64,000 nt of DNA from an uncultured Solirubrobacterales bacterium (GTDB lineage Bacteria; Actinomycetota; Thermoleophilia; Solirubrobacterales; Solirubrobacteraceae), in assembly GCA_963713895.1 (NCBI GenBank), contig OY970210.1, forward strand, positions 1,544,310 through 1,608,309. The letters are read 5' to 3'. Shown here piece after piece: positions 1 through 8,408 of the stretch. The stretch's first letter is position 1. Each line of letters opens with the position of its first letter. The position numbers were made by a program, and so were the translations under genes. A model generated the notes under the pieces. That model saw only the letters and a list, made by a program, of their open reading frames with translations, ran no database searches and had not been told where the DNA came from.

Positions 1-49
1 CCGAGCTGAGGCCCAGGCCCCAGTAGCCGATGTGCACACCGAGCTTCAT
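1..49 (-). CDS. LLM-class F420-dependent oxidoreductase, N-terminus only (runs off window)
   Basis: ATG at 49 gives MKLGVHIGYWGLGLSS, a typical LLM F420 N-terminus; downstream of the SDR on the same strand. Confidence 0.7.
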   Translation of the reverse strand, partial: MKLGVHIGYWGLGLSS

Positions 50-90
50 CAGCGCATGACCCTACAGGGCGAACGCCAGGCGGGGCGCCC

Positions 91-814
91 TCAGAAGGGG
101 TCGCCCGGGCGGATGAACATCATCTCCGGGACGATGCAGGCGGGGGAGACCTTCAGGAGATAGCGGACCGCCTCGGCGATGTCCTCGGGTCTGATCATGT
201 CCTCGGGCTTGACGTGCTCCTTGACGTAGTCGGTCATCGGCGTATCGACGAACGCGGGGCAGAGAGCCGTCGAACTTGATGCCCTCGCCGCCGAGCTCGC
301 TGTTCATCGCTTCGGTCCAGCCGACGACCGCGTGCTTGGTGGCTGAGTAGACGGAGGTCCAGCCGACCCCCCGCTTCCCCGCGATCGAGGCGGTGTTGAC
401 GACGAGCGCGTTGCGGTGCTCGGCGGCGGCGGCCTTGAGCATCTCCAGGGATTCGCGGTAGAAGAGGACGATCGAACGGATGTTGATGTCGAGCTGCATG
501 TCCAGGCGCTTGGTCTGTATCTCGCCGACGATTGCGCCGAAGCCGACGCCGGCGTTGTTGACGAGCACGTCCAGGCGTCCGTAGCGCTCGCGATGGGAGG
601 AGACGACGCGCTGGATGTCGGCCTCGTCAGAGACGTTGCCGGGCACGGCCTGCAGCTCGAACCCCTCGGCGGCGAGCCGATCGGCGGCCTCCTGCAGCTT
701 CTCCGGTCGTCGCGCGGCGAGCGTCATCGCGAAGCCCTCCTGGCCGAGCATGCGTGCGATCGCAAGCCCGATCCCGCTCGATGCGCCGGTCACGATCGCT
801 GCACGGTCTGGCAT
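91..814 (-). pseudogene. Classical SDR oxidoreductase with a +1 frameshift (pseudogene or sequencing error)
   Basis: AGGAGG SD before ATG 814; TGASSGIG, NNAG and YSATK motifs; removing one base at 273-274 restores KSTALCPAFVDTPM...RPGDPF* ending at TGA 91 (240 aa). Confidence 0.85.
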
Positions 815-967
815 GGTCCCTCCTGTGGGCCTCGCTGGTGGTGGCTCGCCGCCCTCGAACGCCAGCCCGACGGACCGGCCGGAAGTCCAGGCGGCGGCAG
901 GGAGCATCGCAGGATCTCGCTGCTAGCGTCTGGCGCGTCGCGCGCCGTCCCAGGGCTGCGAGCGAGC

Positions 968-1041
968 GGGCCCGTAGCTCAGTTGGTTAGAGCTGCCGAC
1001 TCATAATCGGTAGGTCGCTGGTTCGAGTCCAGCCGGGCCCA
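968..1041 (+). tRNA. tRNA with CAT anticodon, most likely tRNA-Ile2 (lysidine) rather than Met
   Basis: Cloverleaf GGGCCCG/CGGGCCC, loop CTCATAA, GGTTCGAGTCC T-arm, C4-G69 pair and discriminator A; CCA not encoded. Confidence 0.9.
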
Positions 1042-1073
1042 TTCGCGAATTGCCTGCTCAAAGGCGCTTTTTG

Positions 1074-2629
1074 GTAGCCGTTCAGTCCTCGGGGTTCCCG
1101 GGGGCTGCGGGTCAGATGAGGGCGGGGAGGGCGCCGCCGTTTTGGTGGGCGGCGAGGAGGTCGCGGAGGTAGGCGAGCAGGGAGCGGTGTTGGAGGCGGC
1201 AGGTCACTGAGGCGGAGAGGGATCGTTCGGTGAATCGTTCGCCGTCATCGGATTGGTTGCCGTGGGAGAGTTTGCGGTGGATGACCGGTCCGCGGAGCGC
1301 GCGCTCGGCAGCGTTGTTCGTCGGGGTGACGCAGGGGACGGTGATGAATGTCCAGAGCGCGGGCCAGAGCTTCAGGAGGTTGTTCGCGAATCGGCGGTGC
1401 AGGCGGTGGCGTTTGCTGCCGTTGGCGGCATGCTCGAGCAGTTTGCGGAGATCGGTCATGACCGGTTTCATCTCGCGTGTCAGCCGGCGGCGATCTCGGT
1501 GCTCGGCGAACGCGTGCCAGGTCTCAAACAGTCGGCGGGTGAGCGCGAGGCCGGCTTCTCCGAACTGCTGCTGGGCGGCCAACCCTTCGCTGTGGAATCT
1601 GAAGTCGCGTTGCAGATGTGACCAGCAGGCTTGTCGCTGCTCGGGGTCCAGGAGGTCATAAGCCCACCAGCGGTCCGAGGTCACGATTCCTTGAAAGTCG
1701 CTACCGAGTAGCTCGACCAGTCGGTCGCGGTGGCGGTCCTCGACGATCCGGAAGATCGCCGCCTGCGCGGTCGCGGCCGTCCACATCGTGCGGTTCTCGC
1801 CGGCGAGGAACCATCCGGTCTCATCGACGTTGACCGCCACGGAGCCCAGCACCCGGCTCGCCAGACGCTCGTGCGGGGCGGCGAGCAGCCCGCTCGTGCG
1901 CTGACAGATCCCCTCGATCGCGCCGACCGAGACCCGCACCCCGAACAGCTCCCAGAGCAACTCGCTCATGTCCCGCCGCGAGATCCGGTTCCGTGCCGTC
2001 AACGCCACCACCGCGGCCTGCAACCCGGGCCCGAACGCGGACTCGCCCACGATCCCGAGCGTCGCTCGAGTCCGCTTGCGGCATCCGCGGCACCGCAGCC
2101 GGTGGGTGCGATGCTCGGTGTACACGACTGCGGTTGGTGGCAGCTCGGCAACTTGGTGGCGTCCCGGCCCGTGACGCGGGATCTTCTCACTGGCGGTGAA
2201 CTCCCGCCCGCACCCCGAGCACTCCTCTGGGTAATGGTTAACGATCTCCAGCATCCGGTCCTCGGGTAACAACTCCCGCCCAGAGCCCCGGTGACCGGGC
2301 TGACCGCCCGCCTGGCGCTGTTTCGCGTCCTCGCGGGCCAACTCCTTGGCTTTCTCCCGCGCCTCCGCTCGACGCTGCTGACGAGTCCTCGGAGCATCCT
2401 GCGATGGCGGCGAGGAACTGTTCCGCGAACTCGTAGAGGCTTTCTGCTCCAACGCCCGCAACCGGTCCTCCAACCGCAACTGCCGATCCATCAGACCCAT
2501 CAAGAACTCGACGCACGCCTCCCGGCCCGAGTCATAGATCGCCTCCGCCTCAGACCGCTCCATACCGACAAGGTTCGCCGCCCACCCGAGCGGACCTTGC
2601 TATCGAAACCCGCAGGACTGAACGGCTAC
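1074..2629 (-). mobile_element. IS66-family insertion sequence, single-ORF (ISBst12-like) type, 1556 bp, complete
   Basis: Perfect terminal IR GTAGCCGTTCAGTCCT at 1074 and 2629; 8-bp direct repeat GCTTTTTG at 1066-1073 and 2630-2637. Confidence 0.95.
1112..2563 (-). CDS. IS66 family transposase (483 aa)
   Basis: N-terminal coiled coil, NSSSPPSQD, CxxC..CxxC zinc finger, VDETGW, SDRWWAY, CWSHLQR, PTNNAAERALR. Confidence 0.95.
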   Translation of the reverse strand: MERSEAEAIYDSGREACVEFLMGLMDRQLRLEDRLRALEQKASTSSRNSSSPPSQDAPRTRQQRRAEAREKAKELAREDAKQRQAGGQPGHRGSGRELLPEDRMLEIVNHYPEECSGCGREFTASEKIPRHGPGRHQVAELPPTAVVYTEHRTHRLRCRGCRKRTRATLGIVGESAFGPGLQAAVVALTARNRISRRDMSELLWELFGVRVSVGAIEGICQRTSGLLAAPHERLASRVLGSVAVNVDETGWFLAGENRTMWTAATAQAAIFRIVEDRHRDRLVELLGSDFQGIVTSDRWWAYDLLDPEQRQACWSHLQRDFRFHSEGLAAQQQFGEAGLALTRRLFETWHAFAEHRDRRRLTREMKPVMTDLRKLLEHAANGSKRHRLHRRFANNLLKLWPALWTFITVPCVTPTNNAAERALRGPVIHRKLSHGNQSDDGERFTERSLSASVTCRLQHRSLLAYLRDLLAAHQNGGALPALI

Positions 2630-2772
2630 GCTTTTTGGAACGCGTCCCGCGCGCCTGACGGGAGGTGTCAGGACGGCACGCCCCATTTTCCCTCCTAAAC
2701 CCCTGCCACCAGCAGCCTGTTCTCAGCTCTCGATCAGCGGCGGCCCAGGCGCAGGCACGCAGGCTTGACGCG

Positions 2773-3120
2773 CTACTCGTCGCCGCGCTCGCGCCTTCTC
2801 GTGGCAGCCGCCTTCGCCGCGGCCTCTTTCCGGTGCTGCTGCGGATGCACGCCCAGCTCATGCCAATCGGTCTCGGAGAGATCGACGTCGTAGTGCTCCG
2901 CCGCCTGCTCGATGTTCGCGAACGCCAGCGCGCGGTCGTCGTCCGAGACGCCGATCACCTGGTCGAATCGCGCGACCGCGTTGCGAACGTGTTGTGCGCC
3001 GGTCAACGGCTCCTTGCGCTGCCTTGGAAAAGCGAAGACCGTGTCCGGCAGGTCGCTCTGCGTCGTCAGACGGCCGTGCTTCTCGTGCGGTTTCCAGGTT
3101 GCCTCTACGGTCGGGCTCAC
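2773..3120 (-). CDS. Small conserved protein, DUF6582-like
   Basis: GGAGG SD then GTG 3120; LPDTVFAFPRQRKEPL..HVRNAVARFDQV motif. Confidence 0.7.
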   Translation of the reverse strand: MSPTVEATWKPHEKHGRLTTQSDLPDTVFAFPRQRKEPLTGAQHVRNAVARFDQVIGVSDDDRALAFANIEQAAEHYDVDLSETDWHELGVHPQQHRKEAAAKAAATRRRERGDE

Positions 3121-3390
3121 TTGACACCTCCGTTCGATGATTGCTCCAAGGATTCCACTGTCCAGATCCACGTGCCCGTGCGGCGCACCGCACAATCATT
3201 GCGCTCCCTCGCGGGCTGAGGCCGTCGCCCGCAGCACGCGTCCGCCTGGCCTTGCGGTGATCGGGTTGCGATGCGGATCCCTCGTGCGGCGCCGCGATCA
3301 GGCAATATCAGCGACGACAGGCGGCGTACGGTCGGGTCCAGGTCGAACCGCCGCGCCAAGCCCTACGAGCTATCGGACGGAGAGGAAGGC

Positions 3391-3621
3391 ATGGATCTTC
3401 AAGAGACGCTGGAAAAGGTCGTGGAGCTCGCCCGAGAGGAGCTGCACGTGGTCCGCAAGCGTGCCGAGGAGAAAACGCCGGCCCGCGACCACGGTAGGGA
3501 CTACCACGAGGCCGAGGCGGCCGCCGACCGCCTGGATCACTACGCCCACCAGCTCTACCGGCTCCACGACGCCGAGTATCGCGATGGCTGGAGGCACCAC
3601 AGCGCGGGCGATCGCGACTAG
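3391..3621 (+). CDS. Hypothetical helical, His-rich protein (76 aa)
   Basis: AGAGGAAGG SD before ATG 3391; high-GC3 codon usage. Confidence 0.65.
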   Translation: MDLQETLEKVVELAREELHVVRKRAEEKTPARDHGRDYHEAEAAADRLDHYAHQLYRLHDAEYRDGWRHHSAGDRD

Positions 3622-3727
3622 TCGTGCCTGACCGCGCCTGACCGAGGCGCGGGGCGGTTCGAGTCCGCTCGAGCGCAATGAGGCCGGGTGAAACTTGCGA
3701 CAGCAGAGCTGGGCGAGACGACCCGGG

Positions 3728-3764
3728 TTGACACCTCGACGGCTTATGCATAGCCTGTCGAGGT
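3728..3764 (+). promoter_or_regulatory. Sigma70-type promoter with overlapping 32-bp palindromic operator upstream of padR
   Basis: TTGACA 3728-3733, 17 bp, TAGCCT 3751-3756; near-palindrome ACCTCGAC..TATGCATA..GTCGAGGT 3733-3764. Confidence 0.8.
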
Positions 3765-4100
3765 ATGGCGTTCGGCGAAGTCCAAGGGCATGTCGATGGG
3801 ATGCTGCTGGCGGTCTTGAGCGCCGGCCCGCTGCACGGCTATGGGGTGACCGAGGAGCTGCGGCGCCGCAGCGGGGGCGAATTCGATCTGGCGGAGGGCA
3901 CGATCTACCCGGCATTGCATCGCCTGGAATCCTCGGGCCTGCTGGTCAGCCGTTGGGAAGTGGTCAGCGGTCGGCGGCGGCGGGTGTACGCGCTCTCGAG
4001 CTCGGGCCGGCGTGCCGTTGTGGACCGCCGGGCGAGCTGGCAGGCGTTCAGATGTGCCGTGGACGCGGTGTTTGGCAGCGATGCGCTCGAGGTCGGCTGA
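3765..4100 (+). CDS. PadR family transcriptional regulator
   Basis: LAVLSAGPLHGYG, EGTIYPALHRLE, RRRVYALSSSG winged-helix motifs. Confidence 0.92.
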   Translation: MAFGEVQGHVDGMLLAVLSAGPLHGYGVTEELRRRSGGEFDLAEGTIYPALHRLESSGLLVSRWEVVSGRRRRVYALSSSGRRAVVDRRASWQAFRCAVDAVFGSDALEVG

Positions 4101-4606
4101 TGGACGCCGCAGACCCGATCGACGCGTATCTCGATGAGCTGAAGTCCCAGCTTCGTGTGCCGCGTCGGACACGGCGGCGGATCTTGGCCGAAGTCCGCGC
4201 ACACATGCTCGACGCTGCCGAAGCCGAGCAGTCAACGGCCAACGACGGGAGGCGCGCCGCAGAGCGTGCGGTCCTCCGCTTTGGCCTTGCCGCCGAGACA
4301 GCCCTTCAGTTCAACCGCCTTGGGGGCCGGCGCAAGACACTGCTCCGGCGGGCGCTCGCGCCCTCGATCGTGGCCGTCGCAGTGACCTCGATGGCGACCG
4401 CGACAGTGTGGGCGTTCGGTTCAGGCCCAGCCCGGTCACGGTTGCGCCAGGCTCCCGCTCATCTCGCCCAGCAACAGCAGCGGTGCGTGGCGCAGACCGG
4501 CGAGCTCTCCCTGGCGCCGGCACTCCGCGAGGTCGCGCCATTACCGTTGCCGACAGCGTCACGCAAGCGACCAGCGTGTGACGCGCGGGCAGCGAACACC
4601 CGATGA
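4100..4606 (+). CDS. HAAS/permease-prefix-domain membrane protein, partner of PadR
   Basis: IDAYLDELKSQL..RRRILAEVRAHM..RFG motif, one TM segment; TGATG overlap with padR. Confidence 0.75.
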   Translation: MDAADPIDAYLDELKSQLRVPRRTRRRILAEVRAHMLDAAEAEQSTANDGRRAAERAVLRFGLAAETALQFNRLGGRRKTLLRRALAPSIVAVAVTSMATATVWAFGSGPARSRLRQAPAHLAQQQQRCVAQTGELSLAPALREVAPLPLPTASRKRPACDARAANTR

Positions 4607-4684
4607 GCCACACGGCGGACCCTCGTCGCCCCGAACGGACGCGCCTCGATGCGGCCTACCTCCGTAGCGGCCGGGCAACAGCGC

Positions 4685-5356
4685 ATGGCGCGTAAGGACA
4701 CCGTCACCAAGCGCAGCGCCAAGCGATCGAAATCGCTCACCCGCTCGATCGTGGAGCTGGTGGTGATCGTCGCCGTGGCGCTTGGAGTCGCGCTTGCTAT
4801 TCAGGCGTTCGTCATAAAGCCCTACCGGATCCCGAGCGGCTCGATGGAACCGACGCTGATCGAAGGGCAGCACGTGCTGGCCAACCGCATCGGGATGGAC
4901 TTCGGCGAACCCCACGTCGGCGGGATATACGTATTCCACCCCCCGGAAGGCGCCGAACAGGAGCAGTGCGGGCCAACACCACACATGGTCACGCCCGGTC
5001 CCGGCAGCTCCGCATGCTCCGCTCCAGTGCCCGAGAGAGCGAGCGTCAACTTCATCAAGCGAATCGTCGCCGGCCCCGAAGACGAAATCTACGTCAAGGA
5101 AGGCCACGTCTTTCGCAAGGCCGCCGGCACCGGCAGGTTCCTCGCGGAGCAGGACTCCTACATCAAAGCCTGCGGCTCAAGCCCCGAGTGCAACTTCCCC
5201 AAACCGATCAAGATCCCGCGCGGCCATTGGTTCATGATGGGCGACAACCGCGGCAACTCTGACGACAGCAGGTACTGGGGGCCGATCCCGACCGGATGGA
5301 TCATTGGACAGGCCATCGCCACCTACTGGCCCCCCGACCGCATCGGGATCTTCTGA
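4685..5356 (+). CDS. lepB: Signal peptidase I
   Basis: TM helix, IPSGSMEPTL (catalytic Ser), FIKRIV (catalytic Lys), MGDNRGNSDDSRYWG; start could be 4649. Confidence 0.95.
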   Translation: MARKDTVTKRSAKRSKSLTRSIVELVVIVAVALGVALAIQAFVIKPYRIPSGSMEPTLIEGQHVLANRIGMDFGEPHVGGIYVFHPPEGAEQEQCGPTPHMVTPGPGSSACSAPVPERASVNFIKRIVAGPEDEIYVKEGHVFRKAAGTGRFLAEQDSYIKACGSSPECNFPKPIKIPRGHWFMMGDNRGNSDDSRYWGPIPTGWIIGQAIATYWPPDRIGIF

Positions 5357-5391
5357 GGGCCCACCGCTTGCAAAGCATGTAAGGTCGCGCC

Positions 5392-5763
5392 GTGGCCGAC
5401 CAGCCGAGGCTCATAATCGAGCTCCCCAGCGGCGGCGCCGTCGACCGCCAGCTGCGCGCGCAAGCGCCGGCGAGCCTCGCCAGCGGTGAGGTCGTGGTCG
5501 AGGACGGCCCCACCGACGCCGATGGCGCGCTCGAGGCGATCACCGCGGGACAGGTCGTCCTGTCGGTGCCCTCGCCGGAGTCGCTGCGACACCAGGCCGC
5601 TGAAGTCGGCCGTGTGATCGCGCACGCCGGCACCGGGGTCGAGCCGCTCGTCGTGGTGGTCGAGGCCGCCGAGGAGCTGCGCGAGGAAGAGCTCACCGCG
5701 GTCCTCGAAGCCGCCGCGCACACCTCGCGCGCGGTGATCTTGCGGATCGTCCGCGATGGCTGA
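5392..5763 (+). CDS. Hypothetical protein (123 aa)
   Basis: TAAGGT -10 six nt before GTG; globular alpha/beta-like composition. Confidence 0.7.
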   Translation: MADQPRLIIELPSGGAVDRQLRAQAPASLASGEVVVEDGPTDADGALEAITAGQVVLSVPSPESLRHQAAEVGRVIAHAGTGVEPLVVVVEAAEELREEELTAVLEAAAHTSRAVILRIVRDG

Positions 5764-5787
5764 CCGGCGTGAACCCCGGCGGAGGAC

Positions 5788-6141
5788 TCAGGGGGTCGGG
5801 TCCACCGAGCTATAGGGCTCGTCTTCGCCGCGCAGGTCGCGGTAGCGGCGGTCGAACAGCTCGAGCACGGCGGTCACGTCCGACGGCCCGTGGACGTCGT
5901 GGCTGACCACGTCGGACTCGAGCAGCCGATCGGCAGGCTCCGCATCGCCGTGCTCGACCAGCTCGTCATGCTCGGGGTGGGAGAAGCGCAGCTCGACCAC
6001 GCCGCGCTCGCGATCGAGCACGCCGAGCTCGAGCTGCTCATAGCGCACGAGAGCAGCGCCGTGAGCGCGCTGCTCGACGTGCACACCGGGCCATGTGTCA
6101 AGCTCGTTGGCGATCTCATCGACGAGCTCTCGATGCGGCAC
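5788..6141 (-). CDS. Hypothetical protein, possibly DUF5519/luciferase-like family
   Basis: TACGAT -10 six nt before GTG 6141; WPGV..ELG..FS..EHDELV..LFDRRY pattern. Confidence 0.6.
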   Translation of the reverse strand: MPHRELVDEIANELDTWPGVHVEQRAHGAALVRYEQLELGVLDRERGVVELRFSHPEHDELVEHGDAEPADRLLESDVVSHDVHGPSDVTAVLELFDRRYRDLRGEDEPYSSVDPTP

Positions 6142-6253
6142 GCGCCGATCGTACTCGCTGCGCCGTCACGGCACCGAGCGACCATCCGCCCCCTCGCGCC
6201 TACCATTGAAGGATCCTGGCGGCCCCCTCGATCAAACCAACCAAGGAGCAACG

Positions 6254-6493
6254 ATGAGCGATGAAGGCGTCTTGAACAAGATCGAGCAGCTGGTCGCGGA
6301 GGAGCATGCGCTGCTCGGACGCGAGCCTCGGTCTCCGCGCCCCGACAAGCACGAGCGCCTGGCCGCGATCGAGGTGGAGCTCGACCGCTGTTGGGATCTC
6401 CTGCGCCAGCGCCGCGCACACCGTGAGTTCCACGAGGACCCGGACGAGGCCTCGGTGCGCGACGCGGACACGGTCGAGCGCTACCTGCAGTGA
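6254..6493 (+). CDS. DUF2630 family protein
   Basis: AAGGAG SD; LVAEEHAL..IEVELDRCWDLLRQRRA..VERYLQ signature. Confidence 0.9.
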   Translation: MSDEGVLNKIEQLVAEEHALLGREPRSPRPDKHERLAAIEVELDRCWDLLRQRRAHREFHEDPDEASVRDADTVERYLQ

Positions 6494-6517
6494 CGCGCCC
6501 GCGTCGGGCCGCCGGCG

Positions 6518-6772
6518 CTACTCCTTGGCGCCCTGCGCGAGCCAGCGTTCGAACAGCTGTACCTGTTGCTCCGGCCACGGCCCATCGCAGGGCATCGTGC
6601 CCTCGCTGAGACGGCCGGCGATCGCCTGGCCGTGAGCAAGAACGTCATCGCGTGAGAACAGATCGAAGGCGCCGCGCATGGCGGCGCGATCGCTGTCCCG
6701 AAACAGCGGTCTGATATCGGCAGCGAACCCGACCTGCTGCTCTTGGCCCGAGGTGGCTGGTTTGTCTGACAT
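6518..6772 (-). CDS. Small conserved hypothetical protein (84 aa)
   Basis: AGGAG SD; FAADIRPLFR..FDL..MPCDGPWP..LFERW motif. Confidence 0.75.
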   Translation of the reverse strand: MSDKPATSGQEQQVGFAADIRPLFRDSDRAAMRGAFDLFSRDDVLAHGQAIAGRLSEGTMPCDGPWPEQQVQLFERWLAQGAKE

Positions 6773-6803
6773 CGAACAGTCGCTCCTTGGAGGCTGGAAG
6801 TGT

Positions 6804-7226
6804 CTAGCGCCGCGACAGCACGACCACCGGGATCTCCCGCTCAGTCCTCGCCTGGTAGTCGTCATAAGCGGGCCAGACCTCGGTCATCAGCGACCACAGG
6901 CGGCTGCGCTCCTCGCCCTGGGCCGTGGTCGCGCGCACCGGCACGCGATCGCCCTTGACCTCGATCTCGACGCCGGGGTCGGCCTGCAGGTTCTCGAACC
7001 AGCTCGGGTGCTGCGGCGCGCCGCCCTTGGACGCCACGATCACCCAGCGCTCGCCGTCGGTCCTGTAGAGCAGCGGCGTCGTCCTCGGTTCGCCGGATCT
7101 GCGCCCCTGCGTGGTGAGCAGGAGAATCGTCCCGCCGCGCCAGTCGTGGCCGCGCTCGCCGGCCGTCTCGCGGTAGACGCGAACGTGCTCGGCGCCGAAC
7201 AGCTCGTCATCGGGCTTAGCGCTCAT
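6804..7226 (-). CDS. Deazaflavin (F420)-dependent nitroreductase family (Ddn-like)
   Basis: LLLTTQGRRSG..RTTPL, VASKGGAPQHPSWFENL, YDDYQARTEREIPVV. Confidence 0.93.
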   Translation of the reverse strand: MSAKPDDELFGAEHVRVYRETAGERGHDWRGGTILLLTTQGRRSGEPRTTPLLYRTDGERWVIVASKGGAPQHPSWFENLQADPGVEIEVKGDRVPVRATTAQGEERSRLWSLMTEVWPAYDDYQARTEREIPVVVLSRR

Positions 7227-7268
7227 CCGTGGCCACTCTAGAGGACGGGTGATCGGCGCGGTCGGCCG

Positions 7269-7419
7269 GCAGACACGCATCGCGCGCAGGCGTCCACCGG
7301 GATGCAGACGACCGCGGAGGCGTATTGCAGACGACTTCGCGCGCAGGCGCATGGTTGAAATACGGATGACCGCGCCGAGGCGTATTGTGGGCGACTGCCC
7401 GGAGGCGTATGGTTGAAAC
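7269..7419. repeat. Degenerate intergenic tandem repeat, about 5 units of 23-35 bp
   Basis: Recurrent GCAGACGAC, (G/C)AGGCG(T/C)AT and ATGGTTGAAA blocks. Confidence 0.65.
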
Positions 7420-7473
7420 GCTTGGCCGTCGGGCCACGACCAAAACGGGGCGTAGTCGAAAGGGGGCAGGAAC

Positions 7474-8391
7474 ATGGGACTCACCGGCACTGGAGGGACG
7501 CTGGGAACGGGGTGGCGCGGCTTGATCATCGCTGCCGCCCTGTTGCTCGCTGTGTGCGTGTTTGCTCCGCGCGCAGAGGCTTCACGGGCGACAACCTGCA
7601 CCGGCACGGCCGCGACGCCGGGGGTCCTCTCGGGCCAATACACCGGCCGCGTGCTCATCGAAGGTGTTTGCAAGGTCGACTCGAGCCGCGTGATCGTGCG
7701 GGGCAACCTCGTGGTTCGCGAAGGCTCGACGCTGCTGGCAGCGTACGGACAGGACCAGCCGGCCGGGAGCGGCCCGTCCAATCTCATAGTCCACGGCAGG
7801 CTGCGAGTGCTCAAAGGCGGGACGCTGCTGCTCGGATGCGAGCCCGAACACTTCGTCTGCCTGAACGATCCCGACCCCAAGGCGCCAACCCTGTCGGGCC
7901 GTGCGACGATATTCGGCAATCTGGTCGCGACCGAAGCGTTGGGCGTCGTGGTGCACAATAGCCGCATCTTCGGCCGGGTTCGGCAGATCGGCGGCGGAGG
8001 CGGCGAGAGCTGCGAACCGACCGGCCCGTTCCTCGAACTCGGCCTCCCCGTGTACAGCGACTACGAGGACACGACCATCCGGGGGAACATCGCCGTGCGC
8101 CGGCTCGAATCGTGTTGGCTGGGCCTGGCGCGTCTGAACGTCGCCGGCAACATGCGCATCACCGGAAATCAGCTCGCGGACCCTGACGCGATCGAGATCC
8201 TCTCCAACGTGATCCATGGCCGTCTGGCCTGCCGCGAAAACAGCCAGGTGTGGAACAGTGCCGAGGTGAGCGAAGAAACGCTCTACCCGCGCACGCCCGA
8301 GCCCAATACGGTGTTCGGTGTGCGCGTCGGCCAGTGCCGTCTCGCCAGTCCTGAAACCGAAGGTGGCGAACCCGGCCCTGGGCCGTTTTAG
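7474..8391 (+). CDS. Secreted hypothetical protein, probably beta-rich with disulfides
   Basis: Signal peptide ending AEA; repeated V-x-GN-L/I-x-V strands; several Cys; start uncertain. Confidence 0.8.
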   Translation: MGLTGTGGTLGTGWRGLIIAAALLLAVCVFAPRAEASRATTCTGTAATPGVLSGQYTGRVLIEGVCKVDSSRVIVRGNLVVREGSTLLAAYGQDQPAGSGPSNLIVHGRLRVLKGGTLLLGCEPEHFVCLNDPDPKAPTLSGRATIFGNLVATEALGVVVHNSRIFGRVRQIGGGGGESCEPTGPFLELGLPVYSDYEDTTIRGNIAVRRLESCWLGLARLNVAGNMRITGNQLADPDAIEILSNVIHGRLACRENSQVWNSAEVSEETLYPRTPEPNTVFGVRVGQCRLASPETEGGEPGPGPF

Positions 8392-8408
8392 GAGCCGGCG
8401 CGCGACGA

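Noticed and set aside
968-1041. Initiator or elongator tRNA-Met call
   Set aside because: Paired 1-72 and no GGG/CCC anticodon stem exclude fMet; overall sequence fits Ile2 better, though elongator Met is not fully excluded
1042-8400. Prophage or integrative element at tRNA-Ile2
   Set aside because: No integrase, replication, structural or conjugation genes
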